A stretch of DNA of 63,965 bases, filler included, from Phoronis australis (taxonomy: Eukaryota; Animalia; Phoronida): NCBI GenBank assembly GCA_002633005.1. It is 3 parts of 3 records of this genome, joined end to end, with 100 filler letters (N's around TTAATTAATTAA, not from the genome) between each part and the next. Parts side by side here need not be neighbours in the genome. Positions count along the whole stretch, not along the records: positions 1 to 24,847 come from NMRA01000009.1; positions 24,948 to 41,713 come from NMRA01001504.1; 1 more part is not named here. The stretch is one strand, 5' to 3'. Made by a program: the position numbers and the translations under genes. This document shows positions 13,313 through 26,528 of this stretch, piece by piece (positions within the stretch are counted from its first letter, which is position 1; every line of letters begins with the position of its first letter). Below the pieces are notes generated by a model, which saw nothing but the letters and a program-made list of their open reading frames with translations, did no database searches and was not told the DNA's origin.

Positions 13313-14367
13313 GTAAGTTATTTTATCATTCTTTGTGGCTACGTTATGTTCCATATGTCGCTAATGAAGTCGAACTGAAGTTGTAAATTTTAACTGCAAT
13401 AAATCAAGCCATTCTTTGCATCGAAGCAGTCAGTGAGCTCCATTCTCTCTATGGTGTTGTTGTTTGTAATTAGGAATGCCAACTCAGCGTAGGGTTTGAC
13501 CCCGACGCATCCAAAGGTTATCAAAGATGGCATTGCATAGGGTTTTAACGTCGCATTGTTAAATGCAGTTATTTCGAGCACAAGAAATAAACAAAGCTGT
13601 GGGTACCATTTTGATAAAAAGACAATTTATGAACTATAAAACGATTCACAATTTTTGCAAGGAAAGCTCACGGAATTTAAAATGGCATCTGTGGACATTA
13701 TACCCCTGATGTGAGGTTACTGTGGTATGAAAAAATGATTATTTAGATAACTGTAACATTGTTTTTGAGATTTCGCCACATACTTTTATCAAATGAAATT
13801 TGGTAATGTCGTCAATTGTTTAGCTATAATTGTATCTTTCTTTTTGTGAAATTTTACTAAAACATATGGTCACGTGGCCCATTCATTGACAGATTGGTAC
13901 AAAGTCAAAAATGAAATTCTAGATGCTTTCTATGGTCAGAAAATGTATACACGTCAACGACCACTTACCAGAATTACTCTAATTCAAACAATACCAGAAT
14001 GTGTCAAAACAAAACAGAATATTCGCCAGACATTTTCTGACAATAAGCTTCATCGTGAGCGGACACGTTCTTTCAATATAGTCACGCCAGGAGAAAGTTC
14101 TTGTGCAAATTGTTTCTGTGCACATGTACTTAGTAAGCGTCTGCTTTGTTTGTAGTGCAGTCAGGGTATTGCGCAGTTTTCTCCGCTCTGAAATGATTGC
14201 ACAAGTCGTTTGTATTTCTCCTTTCCTGCAAAAATGTTACAGTAGGACCTAAGACGGGATTACACACACTTCGCAGTACAAGAGAGCAGAGCAGACTCAG
14301 TTATCCATTAAACTGCTTATACAAAAATAACGGAGCGCTCGACTTAGATCGTGAAGTATTATACATT

Positions 14368-14466
14368 TACGTGTATACATGTATGCATGCATGAAATGTA
14401 CGTGTATACATGTATGCATGCATGAAATGTACGTGTATACATGTATGCATGCATGAAATGCACGTG
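14368..14466. repeat. 31-bp tandem repeat x3 followed by an alternating purine/pyrimidine tract
   Basis: tacgtgtatacatgtatgcatgcatgaaatg. Confidence 0.88.
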
Positions 14467-15082
14467 TGCATGCGTGCGTGTACGGGCATACTTGTGAGTG
14501 TGTGTGTGCGTGTGAAAGTATGTACGTCCTGTGTGCGCATGCGTGTGCGGGTGCGCGTGTTTGTACGAAGGTATTTATACGTCCAGTGGTCAAGGCGTGC
14601 TTTCGCAGGTTTTGCTTATATCATAGGCGGACCTTGTCTACGCTTCTGTCCAGCGGGCAAGATTGATGACTGTGGGAATGGTCCACCACGGCGTCATACA
14701 AGGAACACATCAATACAGACGTAGACCTTTTCCATACTCGCACACTTCGAACACGTGTTACCGACAAAACGAAATAAAAAAACCAGTGCAGCCACTTAAA
14801 CTCCCGTGCAGCATATATAACCTTACCAGTGCTTGAATTCAACAACTTTCACTTCAGGTCGGCTCCAGGCCATGAACGTAAAACATAATTAGTTACGGCC
14901 ATTTCATTTGTATACAACACACAACCCGTCACGTGCCCATCGTGGGGCACGAGGTAACGATATGATACGGTTCAGAAAACGCAAAACGTAAAATAGCTCA
15001 CTGGGTAACAATATTTGATGTTTCTCACTAGGTAACATAATTGATGGTTCTCACTAGGTAACATTTTTCATATCGCTTTTAG

Positions 15083-15223
15083 AGTCAAGCCTAACTTGCA
15101 ACTTCGATTACTCGTGGTGCGATTTTCAGCAAGATTATACAGACCAGTTCGACTGGAGCAGACGTAGTGGCAACACTCCATCGGCTGGAACGGGACCTTC
15201 TGTTGACCATACAAGTGGACATG
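15083..15223 (+). CDS. Exon 2: MAM domain N-terminal part
   Basis: ttttag|ESSLTCNFDYSWCDFQQDYTDQFDWSRRSGNTPSAGTGPSVDHTSGH-G|gtaggt; classic CxFD..C.F.Q...D.FDW...TPS..TGP..DHT. Confidence 0.92.
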
Positions 15224-15971
15224 GTAGGTCTCCGGTCTTTTTCAACTACCTTAGTCTACAAATGATACGAAACGCGCACTCAGGCTGTGAGAGTAACACA
15301 TACGTACATTATATGTTAGCAAGTAGAGCTGACGGGTAGCTGCAACTGTAACTAAAGAACCCAGGCAGCTATGAAAAGGTTTTGTTCCAGAATCGACAGC
15401 CTTGTAGGAGTTAATTCCATGAACCAAATTCTTTTGTAGGGTTCTTGCCTTGGGCAGTTTTTGAACCAATAAGCTTGAAAGAGTACAAGGAGAGATTCCA
15501 TGATGACAAATGTGTGCACATATTTGACACTAGAACTTTAAAAATCAATACAATGCTAATAGCCCGTATGTATGTTTTTGTAGCCGAAAAAATAAACCTT
15601 TTTGTCAGTTGAGATTAGTAGACTCTTTTGCAGGTAATTTATTCGGAAACGGCACTATTTGGTAGATGATTTAGTTGAAAAAGGAATACTCTTGCAGATA
15701 AATTTGTTGGAAAAGGCACCCTCCCTTTCCTACGGAAATTGGTCATTAAAAAGTCAGCCGTCTGCGCGGCATTTCCCATAAACCTCTATTATGGGAGTAC
15801 GCCCTGCTGCATTTCCACTATAAAATCGAAGACGTTTGATGTGAAGAGTTTCACGTTTGGTTGTCATCAATAACATAAATTTCAGCCATGTAATTTTGTT
15901 GCACAAGATTGGACAGATTTAGAACACATGTTGCGCCTAAGGTACGTGAATTTTTGTAGTCATGGTTGTAG

Positions 15972-16169
15972 GAACGTACGTGTACATTGAAAGTTCCTCT
16001 CCGCGACGTAGTGGTGACAAGGCAAGACTGATATGGAAACCTTTGCAGAGCCTCAACACTGTTCATTGCTTAACATTTTTCTACCACATGCATGGCGAAC
16101 ATATCGGCGATCTGTCAGTTATCGTCATCATCGGCATCTCTACGATGCACCGACTCTGGCTAACTCAAG
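15972..16169 (+). CDS. Exon 3: MAM domain middle
   Basis: GTYVYIESSSPRRSGDKARL...CLTFFYHMHGEHIGDLSV...LWLTQ; phase 1-1, AG/GT bounded. Confidence 0.93.
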
Positions 16170-18442
16170 GTACTGCATGCCTTCGATAATAAAATTCCCA
16201 GTGGAACCACACATTAATTAAAACTATACAATTTCAGTTTATGTTTGGACGAAGACTCTTGTTCCTTCAACAGAATTAACTTGTACATGTTGGTAGAATG
16301 CGGAAATGTTTGTAAGCTTCGTCTGTGATTATCGTGCCTTTACCAAATAAACTTTTCTGACAATACCAGCGAATGATCATGTTAAAACATTTCACCTGTG
16401 TCCATGTTCGCTCAGACCATAATACTCCAAGTCCACATACCCAGCCCTTTCTTTTGAATTTGAGTGTCATCTTTAAAAATCGGTTTTCTTTCTGAAATGC
16501 GCTTTTTTAACATAAATGGGCTTTTTCCGCAGTACATGGCGAGCGGGTTGCCATAAAGTTGCCGAATCCTTGTTTTTACCATTTTGATTGGTTTTGAATT
16601 GTTTGGGGTTGAAACTAAACAAGATTTTACTAATATTCTTTTTTTTTCTACAAACACGTCAATTTTTAATCGACAAAATAGATTTTAACAAAAATAGTCA
16701 GTGGTACGACCACAACTAATAAGTATTCATTAAAAAGTGCCATGTATGTCGAGTGCCCCATCTAGCTCGTGCATTAAGATAAATAGCTGCTATTTTGCTC
16801 AGGAACTTTCAATTCTATACTCAACAGAAGATAACGTGTATTACATGCGTATAGAAATCACGCTGCATAAGGCATGATATGGCAACTCATTTGGCACCGG
16901 GAATGGGGAACGGATGAGGTACAAGGGCCTCCGGGAGAAATGACAGAGTAATTAAAAGGAGGCGGAAACTGAAATGTTTCTGACCTTGACGATCGATTGT
17001 GTTCCTTGACTAAATAACGCGTTCTTCTTAATTAGTGAACTTAGTGATCCAATAAAACTGTGGCAAGTTCGACGTTCGTTTTCACCTCCAATTACTCACG
17101 CAGATTATTCCACTTTTTGACCTGCGATTATCCAGTCGTTACATTAGTACTCTTTTCTCTCAGAACGTTCCTTTCGTTTTTTCTTTGTTGACTCACTCAG
17201 TCCAACTGGGGGGTCTCCCTCGCTGTGGTGATGGCATAAACTGTCCAACAACGCTAGACATGACGTCACAAGCCACAAGCTGTGCTGTAAGCGGTGAACA
17301 ATGTTATGATGAGGGCTGTCGAAGGGTGTTGAATGAGTAAGTACTTGTGTTCATTGGAGTTCAAGGCAAGATCACAGGCATTTGATTGGAAATTGTTTAG
17401 ACTTTTCTCGAGACGCTGATTACATTTTTCAACGATTATTATCAGAGAATGCAAGGACGCGCGGCTTTTGGGATTATTTTACCAGGATCGATTTGATTTG
17501 AATTGTAACCGTCTTATTCTTCAAACTAGGGTCCAACACTTTCGGTTTTACACGAGAACGCTTAGTGGACTTTATTGATAAAGCTTCTGACGGCTTGATT
17601 CGACACCACGAACGTGTTTTCTAAATTTTCAAATGTTAACATTCCTTTCATCTCAAGAATGACTCAGAAATGATACAATTATTGCCCGCAAATCGAAAAC
17701 ATTATAGGATCATTACTGACAGATATCAAAATTACACAAGTCAATTTTTACGGTACAATATAATACGTATAATAATGAATTATATAATTACAAGTTCACA
17801 TTAAAGAGATGAACAAACACACAAAAAACACAGTGAGACTGCTAAGTAGTTAAAATTTAGTTTAAATGAACTATTGGATACTGTGAAACACGTTGATTAT
17901 TAGTTAATGTGTGGTAAATGGAGGTGACATCAATATTTGAATCAAGGGCCTGTAAGAGACGGAGGAGCTGGACACGATCTATTTGGTTGACTGGACAATT
18001 ATTAACACTATTTAAGGAGCCGCATACGATACCTTTATGTGATGAACATTGATATAGCGTTTACAGCTAGATTCGCCGCTACAAAAGCGTTTTCTAAACT
18101 TGAAGTTTAATGCTGTAAACGTGCGTTACATCAAAGAAACGAAGACGAACCGCTTACTGTTTCAAAAGGATTACAACTTATCATTTACTCTGGTGAGACG
18201 TATTTTTAATCTTGGAAAAAGTGGCTATTCGTTATCGCTTGATATCACGCTCGCCGCATAAAATGACCGCCGCGACAGACCTACATATTGAGTCTGATCT
18301 CAAGAAATAATATACTATCAGATCTTTCCAAGCCCCGAAATCCCATCTGAGTTTGGAGTCCAATTTCATGCTTGGAAGCGGTCTAAATCGAAAGTTGTGT
18401 TTTGACTGAAGGTGGGTACAAAACAGCTTTATTATCATGTAG

Positions 18443-18619
18443 GCAGTTCTGGTGACCAGTGGGCAAAGGCCAGTATCCATCTTCCATCCACGACACGACA
18501 GGTGACATTTGAAGCAACTACCGGGATATCCTACAGAGGAGATATAGCCATCGATGACGTCACCATCTCTAAAGGAAGTTGCATGAGAAAATTCACTGCA
18601 CGCGTTTTCCGCAAAACTG
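18443..18619 (+). CDS. Exon 4: MAM domain C-terminal part
   Basis: GSSGDQWAKASIHL...VTFEATTGISYRGDIAIDDVTISKGSC; phase 1-1. Confidence 0.93.
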
Positions 18620-19392
18620 GTAAATTTAGCGATATCGCTGGCCTGTTGACAAGCATGTGTAAATGTTGCACTTCAACAACATCTCCTGTATACATGTTTT
18701 GTGATTTTCACATTATACGTCTCATTATTAGTTGTTTTTTTTCGATCAAATGCAGCACAGTTATGAACTTGCGATTGGTTGATTTAGACCTGCCCACTTA
18801 CTGCTATAGTGGTCTCACTTTGTTACTTAATCAGATGAGAAGAGATTCTTGGATTTGTGAAGAAATGACAGTTATTTATTCCTTGAGACCAATGCTAAAG
18901 TGACAGGCAGTGACAGGGCAATTTGTAGAGACTCATGTCTCAAGCAACAACGAATTATCAGTTCTTCTGAAACCCTGCAATCAGCTCTAATTTGAGACCA
19001 GTTGTGCCTAAATCAAAAGTTGGTTTTTAGGTGCAAGCTGGGTTTATAACCGCTAATTAAATAGAGAATTTTATGTGCAGCAGTTAAATCACTGGTGGGT
19101 TACCAAAAAGGGGCGTCACAGAGAATTTGATTGTAAAAAGGCAAATACGTTCTAGTGGAGCGCTACATACGCAGGTCCAAAATCGACGGACACCCTCATA
19201 GAAAGATAAACTAATAATGGAGCAGTTTATTCAGGCAAAAATTGAACCTATAAGCTTCATTCAGACTGTAGTATTATCGAAAAAAACTTGAAGTGTTGGC
19301 TTGCGTTATTTCACGACTCACTTTTTATAAGGGTCATAAAATTTAGTCAAAACATTCTGTAAAAGTCCTATTGGGGAACGAGAATACCCAGG

Positions 19393-19590
19393 GTAATGAA
19401 TGAATGGCGCTCAACGGAAGAGTGATTATCTCTCGATAAAGAGTAATGAATAAATGGCGCTTAACGGAAGACTGATTATCTCTCGATAAAGAGTAATGAA
19501 TAAATGGTGCTCAACGGAAGAGTGATTATCTCTCGATAAAGAGTAATAAATAAATGGCGCTCAACGGAAGACTGATTATCTCTCGATAAA
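19393..19590. repeat. 50-bp tandem repeat x4
   Basis: gtaatgaataaatggcgctcaacggaagagtgattatctctcgataaaga. Confidence 0.92.
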
Positions 19591-19741
19591 ACGCATTCTG
19601 GTTTCTCTATTGGTTAATACCAAGGAAAGGTTGTCTTTAAAATTTGATTTCCTACTTTTCCAAAACTGGGAATTTTTTCAGAAGTCTGATTTACTATAAT
19701 TTGTACAACTGATAGCTGTAAATAAGTGATATCCCTTAGGG

Positions 19742-20113
19742 TAACTGTAAACCTTGTTTACCAGGTTGTACTTATGTGCAAATATTAAATTCTGTTAGCT
19801 CTAACCCCTACAAGGTATATATTTTCTGAAAAGTGAATAAATTTCCTGACAAAATTTATGATTCTTATTTACTTGTCTTTATTTATTCACGAGAAATGTG
19901 TTTTAGTAAAAAAACAAACTTTAGACTTTGAACAGAGATTTTAGAAATATTGTTCCTCCAATCATAGTGGACTTTTGTCAACACGTTGATAACGGCATTT
20001 TCGAGGGAACAGTATCTCAGATTTTTGAAATAGGCTTTTGTTTTTTTCACTAAAAACGCATATCTCGTGAAAAAATAAATACAAGTACAACCTGTTAAAA
20101 GGTTGACAGTTAA
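19742..20113. mobile_element. MITE with imperfect terminal and sub-terminal inverted repeats
   Basis: taactgtaaaccttgtttaccaggttgtactt vs aagtacaacctgttaaaaggttgacagtta; inner pair cacgagaaatgtgttttagt / actaaaaacgcatatctcgtg. Confidence 0.6.
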
Positions 20114-20183
20114 CAGATTTCAAACGTGGATTCATTCGTTTCTAGTCTAAAAGGCCTTTAACTTAATGTAATGTCCTTTTTAG

Positions 20184-20316
20184 ACGTTAGAAAAGTATGC
20201 AGTACTGAGGAATACGGCAGACAAGGCATTGTTAAGTTTTCTGACAAACTGGTTTACAAGAACAACGGAAACCCTGCCAGAATTCTAATACGCCACAATA
20301 ATAAAGGTATACGCAA
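20184..20316 (+). CDS. Exon 5: jacalin-like lectin domain N-terminal part (not in ORF track)
   Basis: tttttag|DVRKVCSTEEYGRQGIVKFSDKLVYKNNGNPARILIRHNNKGIR-AA|gtaagt; phase 1-2, joins exons 4 and 6 in frame. Confidence 0.8.
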
Positions 20317-23300
20317 GTAAGTCTCACCATCAACTTGGACTGAAAGAGAATAACCTGTGCTGGTTAAAGTAAGCACATGTTGTTTCTTAAGTGGAATCAA
20401 GATTGTTGCACACTGACTGATGCAAATGTTTTTGTAACCACTTACAGTAGAACTAACATCATGACCAGTATCGCTAACAACATGTTTGTATCCAAAACAA
20501 TTATGGTAACTGTTGCTCTTGTCGGGTATTCTTAGCGTCAGTTCTATATTCCTTTTAATGTTATCATCGCTATGGTTAGCATGTTGTTATTGTTATTATT
20601 CTTTGTTATATTTTTTTTCTTAACGTATTAGTCTTAGCAAATACGTGTAAGGAACTTGTCGAAACAGTCTTCTCATCATAAGCACTGACTATACACGAGT
20701 TCACAGTATTCAGATGAGAGTGTAGCGCGTGCTCTGGCGAGGTGACAACCTGGGTAAACAATCGAATTTTTAAATTGCGTTGAATGAGAAACCAGCAATA
20801 TAATGTAAATTCCTCAAAAAGCGAGTGAATGGCTAAAACAGCGCTTGGTTATAAATCTATGCCACCAGTGCGTGAATACAGCGGGGTTGCTTGGACAAAC
20901 AAAGTTTCATATTATTCATCAGAAGTTAGCTTTTATCCCTCAGATCTCGACTTCGTTCGTCAACCGATGCCGGGTGATTAGTGATAATGATATTTTGCGA
21001 TTATATCAAAGCTTTAATAAATTTAACACAATTTAAAGACTTGATTTTTCTTTTGTGTCGAGGGTTAATTAACGGTACAAATACTGAATCTGGGATGGAC
21101 TTCGCGAAAGCGTGGCCGACTTTGCACACGATCGATTTTAGCGACTTCATTGGCATCTCAACAATACATTCCAAAATATGATTCTCTGGCAGTGCTGTAG
21201 TGGGGCGTTGGCGCACGTAGGCGCAGCCAACCACCTTTTGGCATTTGAACGTAACGCCTACGCACCGTAAGTTACGTTCAATGCTCAAGGCGACACGATG
21301 GGCTTTGGGGGTCTACTTACCTCTAATTGTACCACTACACCACTGTTCTCAGGCAGAACAATGGGTTTGTGATACTCCTGGCAACTCTTTGATAATACAG
21401 TAGATATCTTTCGAAAACTGTTGGTTTTAACAGGCATTACTCTGCCGTCTACTGATAGGGGAAATGCACGTAAATTGGTTCGTTTGCTGTACTAAATTAT
21501 GTGTCCAAGACGGTGGACAAAACCATGAATATACAACAGGGCCATCCGGAACAACTGCGAGCAGTTTTCCGCACATTCTCCTCTCAAAGTTGTCCGTTAC
21601 CGAGGTTGGTCATGTAATATGTCAAAATAGGTCCAAGCGTTACTGTTTGAGTAAAAATATCTATACGTGTAAATCTATTCAGTAGATTAGAAGTACATGT
21701 GCCGTCTAAATTAATTCCACATCAGTGACCTAGTAACCTAACTGAAATGATAATCATTCCGCTATCGTTATACTTACCCACGTAGGCACATTTTGAGTGG
21801 GAAGACAGACTTAGTCCAAACAAACTAAAGCATTTCTTTACTAAATTTATTAAGAAGAAATGCTCTTTACAAATCTGACATAACTTTTAATACTGAAATT
21901 TTTCTTTCTATTAATTCAGTTGCTGGAATAACCCACGACTACAATATGGCGGTAACTTCCGGCTGCAGAACTAAAACTATTCTTCCTTCTCTCACCTGTC
22001 TAGGTGAAAAATCAAAATTCAAAATATACCACTGGCTACCAAAAAATTAATACCTTACCGTAATTAAACTTGCTACCGTTGTCGCTGTTATTACGAGTCT
22101 AAAACAATAGTAACTCGCCTGACTGGACAGCCTTTCCATTATCTGTCCGCTTCAAATTAATGCGATTTTTAAATCTCTCAATTCCGCTCAAAAACGATAC
22201 TTTAACTGCAACTGGCTCTATTAGCACATTATGTCGCTTTTAAAAAGGTATGGAATACGAAATCTCGTCAAAGATATCTGTACCATCTCGCAACGTCTAC
22301 TACAGAGTTATTCAATTTCCTCAGAAAAGTTCACAAAATACGTGCTAAGGAAAAACTCTGTAGTCACCACAGAGTTTCTAATCTCTGTCCCACTTAAGAT
22401 AAATGCTCGCAAGCCCTCACTGCCATTCGACAAACAGATGACTTACAAGATGGATATTAATGGCAGATTATCATATGTAATACCACTCCGAATCTGAGGT
22501 CGACAGCACAGTATGAGGCAAGCTAATGAAGCAAGCGGTTTCCTGAAAATATTTCAAAATGCAATTTTGAATATATTTGAATACTACGATACCTTCAATA
22601 GATAGATAACTGTTTATTCATCTTAAGAAATTGAACACAAAGTGATACAATTACTACCCGCAAATCGATAACATAATATGCAGGCAAATAAACAATCATA
22701 ATAACAATAAATATAAAAAGGATGGTTACTGACATATATCAAGAACACGACTTTAATGAAATTAGATACTACATCTATTAGAGAATATTCAAATCTAAGT
22801 TAAGTAGATATAATCCATAAAGTAAAACTAAAGCACGTTGGTTAATAGGTAAGGTGTGGTAAATGAAGGTGTATCAAGGTCATGGAAGATATGGACACGA
22901 TTCACTTGATTGACTGGACATTTAAGAAAAAACGCTATTTTAAACAGTTAGGGGTCACATCAATTGCCCCTTTATCGGACTGGCTGCTGTTTGAAGATGG
23001 CATTGTTTTGTTTACATCAAAGGTCAAAGGTCACATATTCCATAGAAGGGCAATGTTTTACGTCTTGTTATACCAAATAAGAAGACGTGCTTTGCTTTGT
23101 GAAAGATCATTTTTTTGAAATTTGAAACTAAAAGAAAAATGCTTTGGCATCAACAGTGATTCAAAATTTTTACGAACAAACTAAAAATACCTGGTGAACA
23201 GGATGAATTCTGTTTTAGCGGCAGATAACCACATTGAATGATGCAATTTTGTCTGTTTTTCGCGTTCCACGCCTCTTTAAACAATGGGAGAAGGAAGCTT

Positions 23301-23467
23301 GAGCAACTTTAACACGTATGACGTCACTCAGACGTTTGCACGTGAATGCTAACTACACTGATCGCTGAAACCAAATTCGAGCAGCATTTTGGAATGTTTT
23401 GACCACAGTTTTACAGAAAGATAAATCAGTTCGTTTAAAATGAAGTCAGCTAATTATTTACTTTCAG

Positions 23468-23847
23468 GATTATGTTTGGATATGGAGAGCACTTTTCTTC
23501 AAGCAGTAGTGGCAGTAGTGATGATGGTATCAAGTACACTTTGAACAAACTTGGAGCTAGCGAAGTCATAACTTCTGTAGACTTAGAATACGACTACGTC
23601 ATTAGACGAATCATTTTCCGCACCAATAGGAGGCGCCAGATCGGTCCGTTTGGATGTCATGGCCTGTTCCGGAAGCATATTAGCGGGACATCCCTGTTAT
23701 ACATCTCCGGCTCAGAAGATTCAAATCACGTAACAAGCCTGCAATTCCATTTTAGTTCCAAATGTGATGAGAACGTCTTGGAAAACTCTGTGCTACAGAG
23801 TTTACAAACGCCGACCTACGATTTGAACCCAAACCTGATGTCAAATG
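23468..23847 (+). CDS. Exon 6: jacalin-like lectin domain C-terminal part plus linker
   Basis: tttcag|KIMFGYG...LGASEVITSVDLEYDYVIRRIIFRTNRRRQIGPFG...LLYISGSEDSNHVTSLQFHF; phase 2-1. Confidence 0.82.
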
Positions 23848-24252
23848 GTATTTCGATCAATTTTAGCTACCGGTACTAAATCTTGACCGACCAACACTAC
23901 ATGTACATAAAGATTATGTGTCCATCGAATCTTCTTTTTACACTTTTTTATAAAGTTGAAAACAAAGTAATATTAATCTTAAGGTAAATATAAGATTGTT
24001 TCCGTAACGTATATCTTCGGGAACAATAAGTTGCTAGACGGAATCTCCCGATGTTAACCAACCGCCTTGTTCTTCCTAGTGAAGAAATGGAACTGTTCCA
24101 TTTCCACATAGAAAGGTAGTAAAGTCAAGGTAATAATTCAGGTAAATTGATATTTTTGACATCAGTAATTAACTCTCGTGGATGAATGACTATGTCTAAT
24201 CAATATGTTATAACTATTTTGTCATGTGATTCTATTTTTTGTATTTTTACAG

Positions 24253-24440
24253 AGTCTTTTTCACGTCTAATTTCAGATACACATGCCCGTATTGGTATGG
24301 ATCGACTGTCTTCCCAGAGAACGCTCAATGTGGAAATAGCAGTATTCCTAGACACAGCGTATGCTCACCACTTCTATCACTATTCGTCATTGAAATCAGG
24401 GAGCAATCTGAGAGCTCATGTTGTTCAGCTACTCAGGAAG
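24253..24440 (+). CDS. Exon 7: start of reprolysin/ADAM(TS)-type (M12B) metalloprotease-like domain; gene truncated by gap
   Basis: ttttacag|ESFS...RTLNVEIAVFLDTAYAHHFY...LRAHVVQLLRK|gtatct resembles the first strand/helix of M12B (VELxVxxD..Y); zinc motif not in window. Confidence 0.62.
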
Positions 24441-24847
24441 GTATCTTTTTGAAGGAAATGTGAAACGAAAAGTCATTTTGGAGATTTTATCTTACCCTAT
24501 AACATTTGACGTTTTCGCTAGTATCTAGTCGACAAGACATCCGTGAAAGGCGTAAATAACGCATACGTTGTACTGAACACACATTTCTCAAGTTGCGGGA
24601 TTTAAAACTTCCCGAAGGTTATAAGTACCACATTCCATGTAATGTAAAGTCACCTGTGTATATCTTTGCCATGGTTTCTCGTAAATGCGTGTACAACACG
24701 TGTTTTAAAAAGCGGCTAAAACCCGTCTTCTAGCACATAAACCAACTTTTGATTCAAACCACCTACTGTTGATGGATTGTGAAATTGGTCTTAATTTGTT
24801 CAGTGCAATTGCATGAGGGCTCGAACGACCCCCCCCCCCCATTTGGC

Positions 24848-24947
24848 NNNNNNNNNNNNNNNNNNNNNNNNNNNNNNNNNNNNNNNNNNNNTTAATTAAT
24901 TAANNNNNNNNNNNNNNNNNNNNNNNNNNNNNNNNNNNNNNNNNNNN
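24848..24947. other. Assembly spacer (N + TTAATTAATTAA + N)
   Basis: 100-bp N-run with a six-frame-stop linker. Confidence 0.97.
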
Positions 24948-26325
24948 TCGTCCTCAGAATCCATCGTTTGGGGGAATCGGGGTGATGTGATATCCGTAAC
25001 CGATGCGGAATTTGCATATCTCTTCCATGTCCTTCCCACAAAGACAAAAGCGTAGATTCATGTGCATCAAGTAATCAACAAACGGGCACACGCACGTTAT
25101 CCGAGAATTAAGTACAAACTTCTCACCGAAAAAATACTAGTTTCAAGAAGCGAGAGAACGTGCGGGACCCTTTCCATTTGCACAAGCAAAATGGCCCATA
25201 ATGAAATAGATAGCGATGCGAGTTATGGAAGTTTATTTCTGTTTCATGAAAAAATACTTCTCCTGGAAGTGTGTAACGATTGCCTATCGTGAAACATGAC
25301 AACGTTCGAGAGGACCTCGCCAGAGGACGTCATTTAGGTGGCCCGTTCAACGTTAGTGTTTGTTTGCAAACATCGTGTTGAGAACATCACTTAAATGCAA
25401 TGACCGGTTACTGCTTAGTGGCTTATTTATAGCCACATCGCTGCGACAATTTCAGTGCATTTCAAATAGCTGCGCACAACACCATTTACAATACGCTGCT
25501 CCATCCTTATTCTTCCTCAGTACAGTGGGCGTTTTGATGCCCTATCTTCTAGCGTTCACATAGTATGGTGCGTAAAGTCTATTATACCCTCGGACGTACA
25601 TGTATGAACATGGAGAGGTGATAAAACCGTGCTTCCATATATTGCTGTCTAGACTATGAAAATAGTCCAAAAATCCAAAATTGTAAATGCTTTCGGATGA
25701 AGGCTTTAATGATGTCGTGCACGGGTGATTAGTCAACCGACGTACTTGCACACAATTTTAAATGCATTCTAAGATAATAAATCAACAAAACATGCATAGA
25801 AAGCGTGTATTTCTAATGTCTATCAAATCAAATATGGCTGCTACTGTATAAACACGGCTCACTTCATTCAAAAACAAGTTTTTGCTAAAATCAACTGTAG
25901 TCAACAAACTGGTCAAAGTTATACCTTACATAGATAAGACTCGAACTCTCGTCTAATTGAGAAGAACTGACAGCTTAATATTGCTTTAGGGCATTGCAAG
26001 TATGTTGCTTTGTCACATTTTGTGCATGATATTGAACTATAACGCATTACATCACTGAATTCTTTCCAAGACTAGGTATCTTTTGTCATTTGAGTGTGGA
26101 ACAAGTCGAAATCAGTTTTACACCTGTTCACGCTTTAAATAAAAAGTCATATTTTTCGACGGAAGGAGGTCTCATTGTATCTTTTTATGTTTCATTAAGC
26201 AAGATAACTACAATATGAATATCATTAGTCTTGCACATGATGGAATCTTCTGACGAATTTGCAAACAGAGATACTTATGTTTCGAGCCGGTCGGAGTGTC
26301 CATAAATGTCATCAGTTGCTACTGG

Positions 26326-26528
26326 TCAATTTCCATGGCTGCCGCACTTACGGCAATGACATGTAGGGCAGCCGTTTTTGTCGTAGATCCTGCCGCATGG
26401 ACATCTGTTTTTACACAGAGGGGGGCACGTTGGACACGGTTTGCACTTGCAGATGGGACAACCCTCAACCATGACGTTACCGCATGGACAGAATATCTTG
26501 CAGACGGGAGGACATTGTTTGACTGGAA
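26326..26528 (-). CDS. Cystine-knot/antistasin precursor, exon 3: two antistasin-type repeats, stop codon
   Basis: Frame absent from ORF track: VPVKQCPPVCKIFCPCGNVMVEGCPICKCKPCPTCPPLCKNRCPCGRIYDKNGCPTCHCRKCGSHGN*; C-x3-C-x3-CPxG-x5/6-GCPxCxC spacing. Confidence 0.88.

Noticed and set aside
14609-14724. Extra Cys-containing exon (GGPCLRFCPAGKIDDCG) of the MAM gene
   Set aside because: No convincing phase-compatible donor; exons 1 and 2 join without it
24892-24903. TTAATTAATTAA palindrome as a biological site
   Set aside because: Centred in N-runs at both gaps; artificial linker
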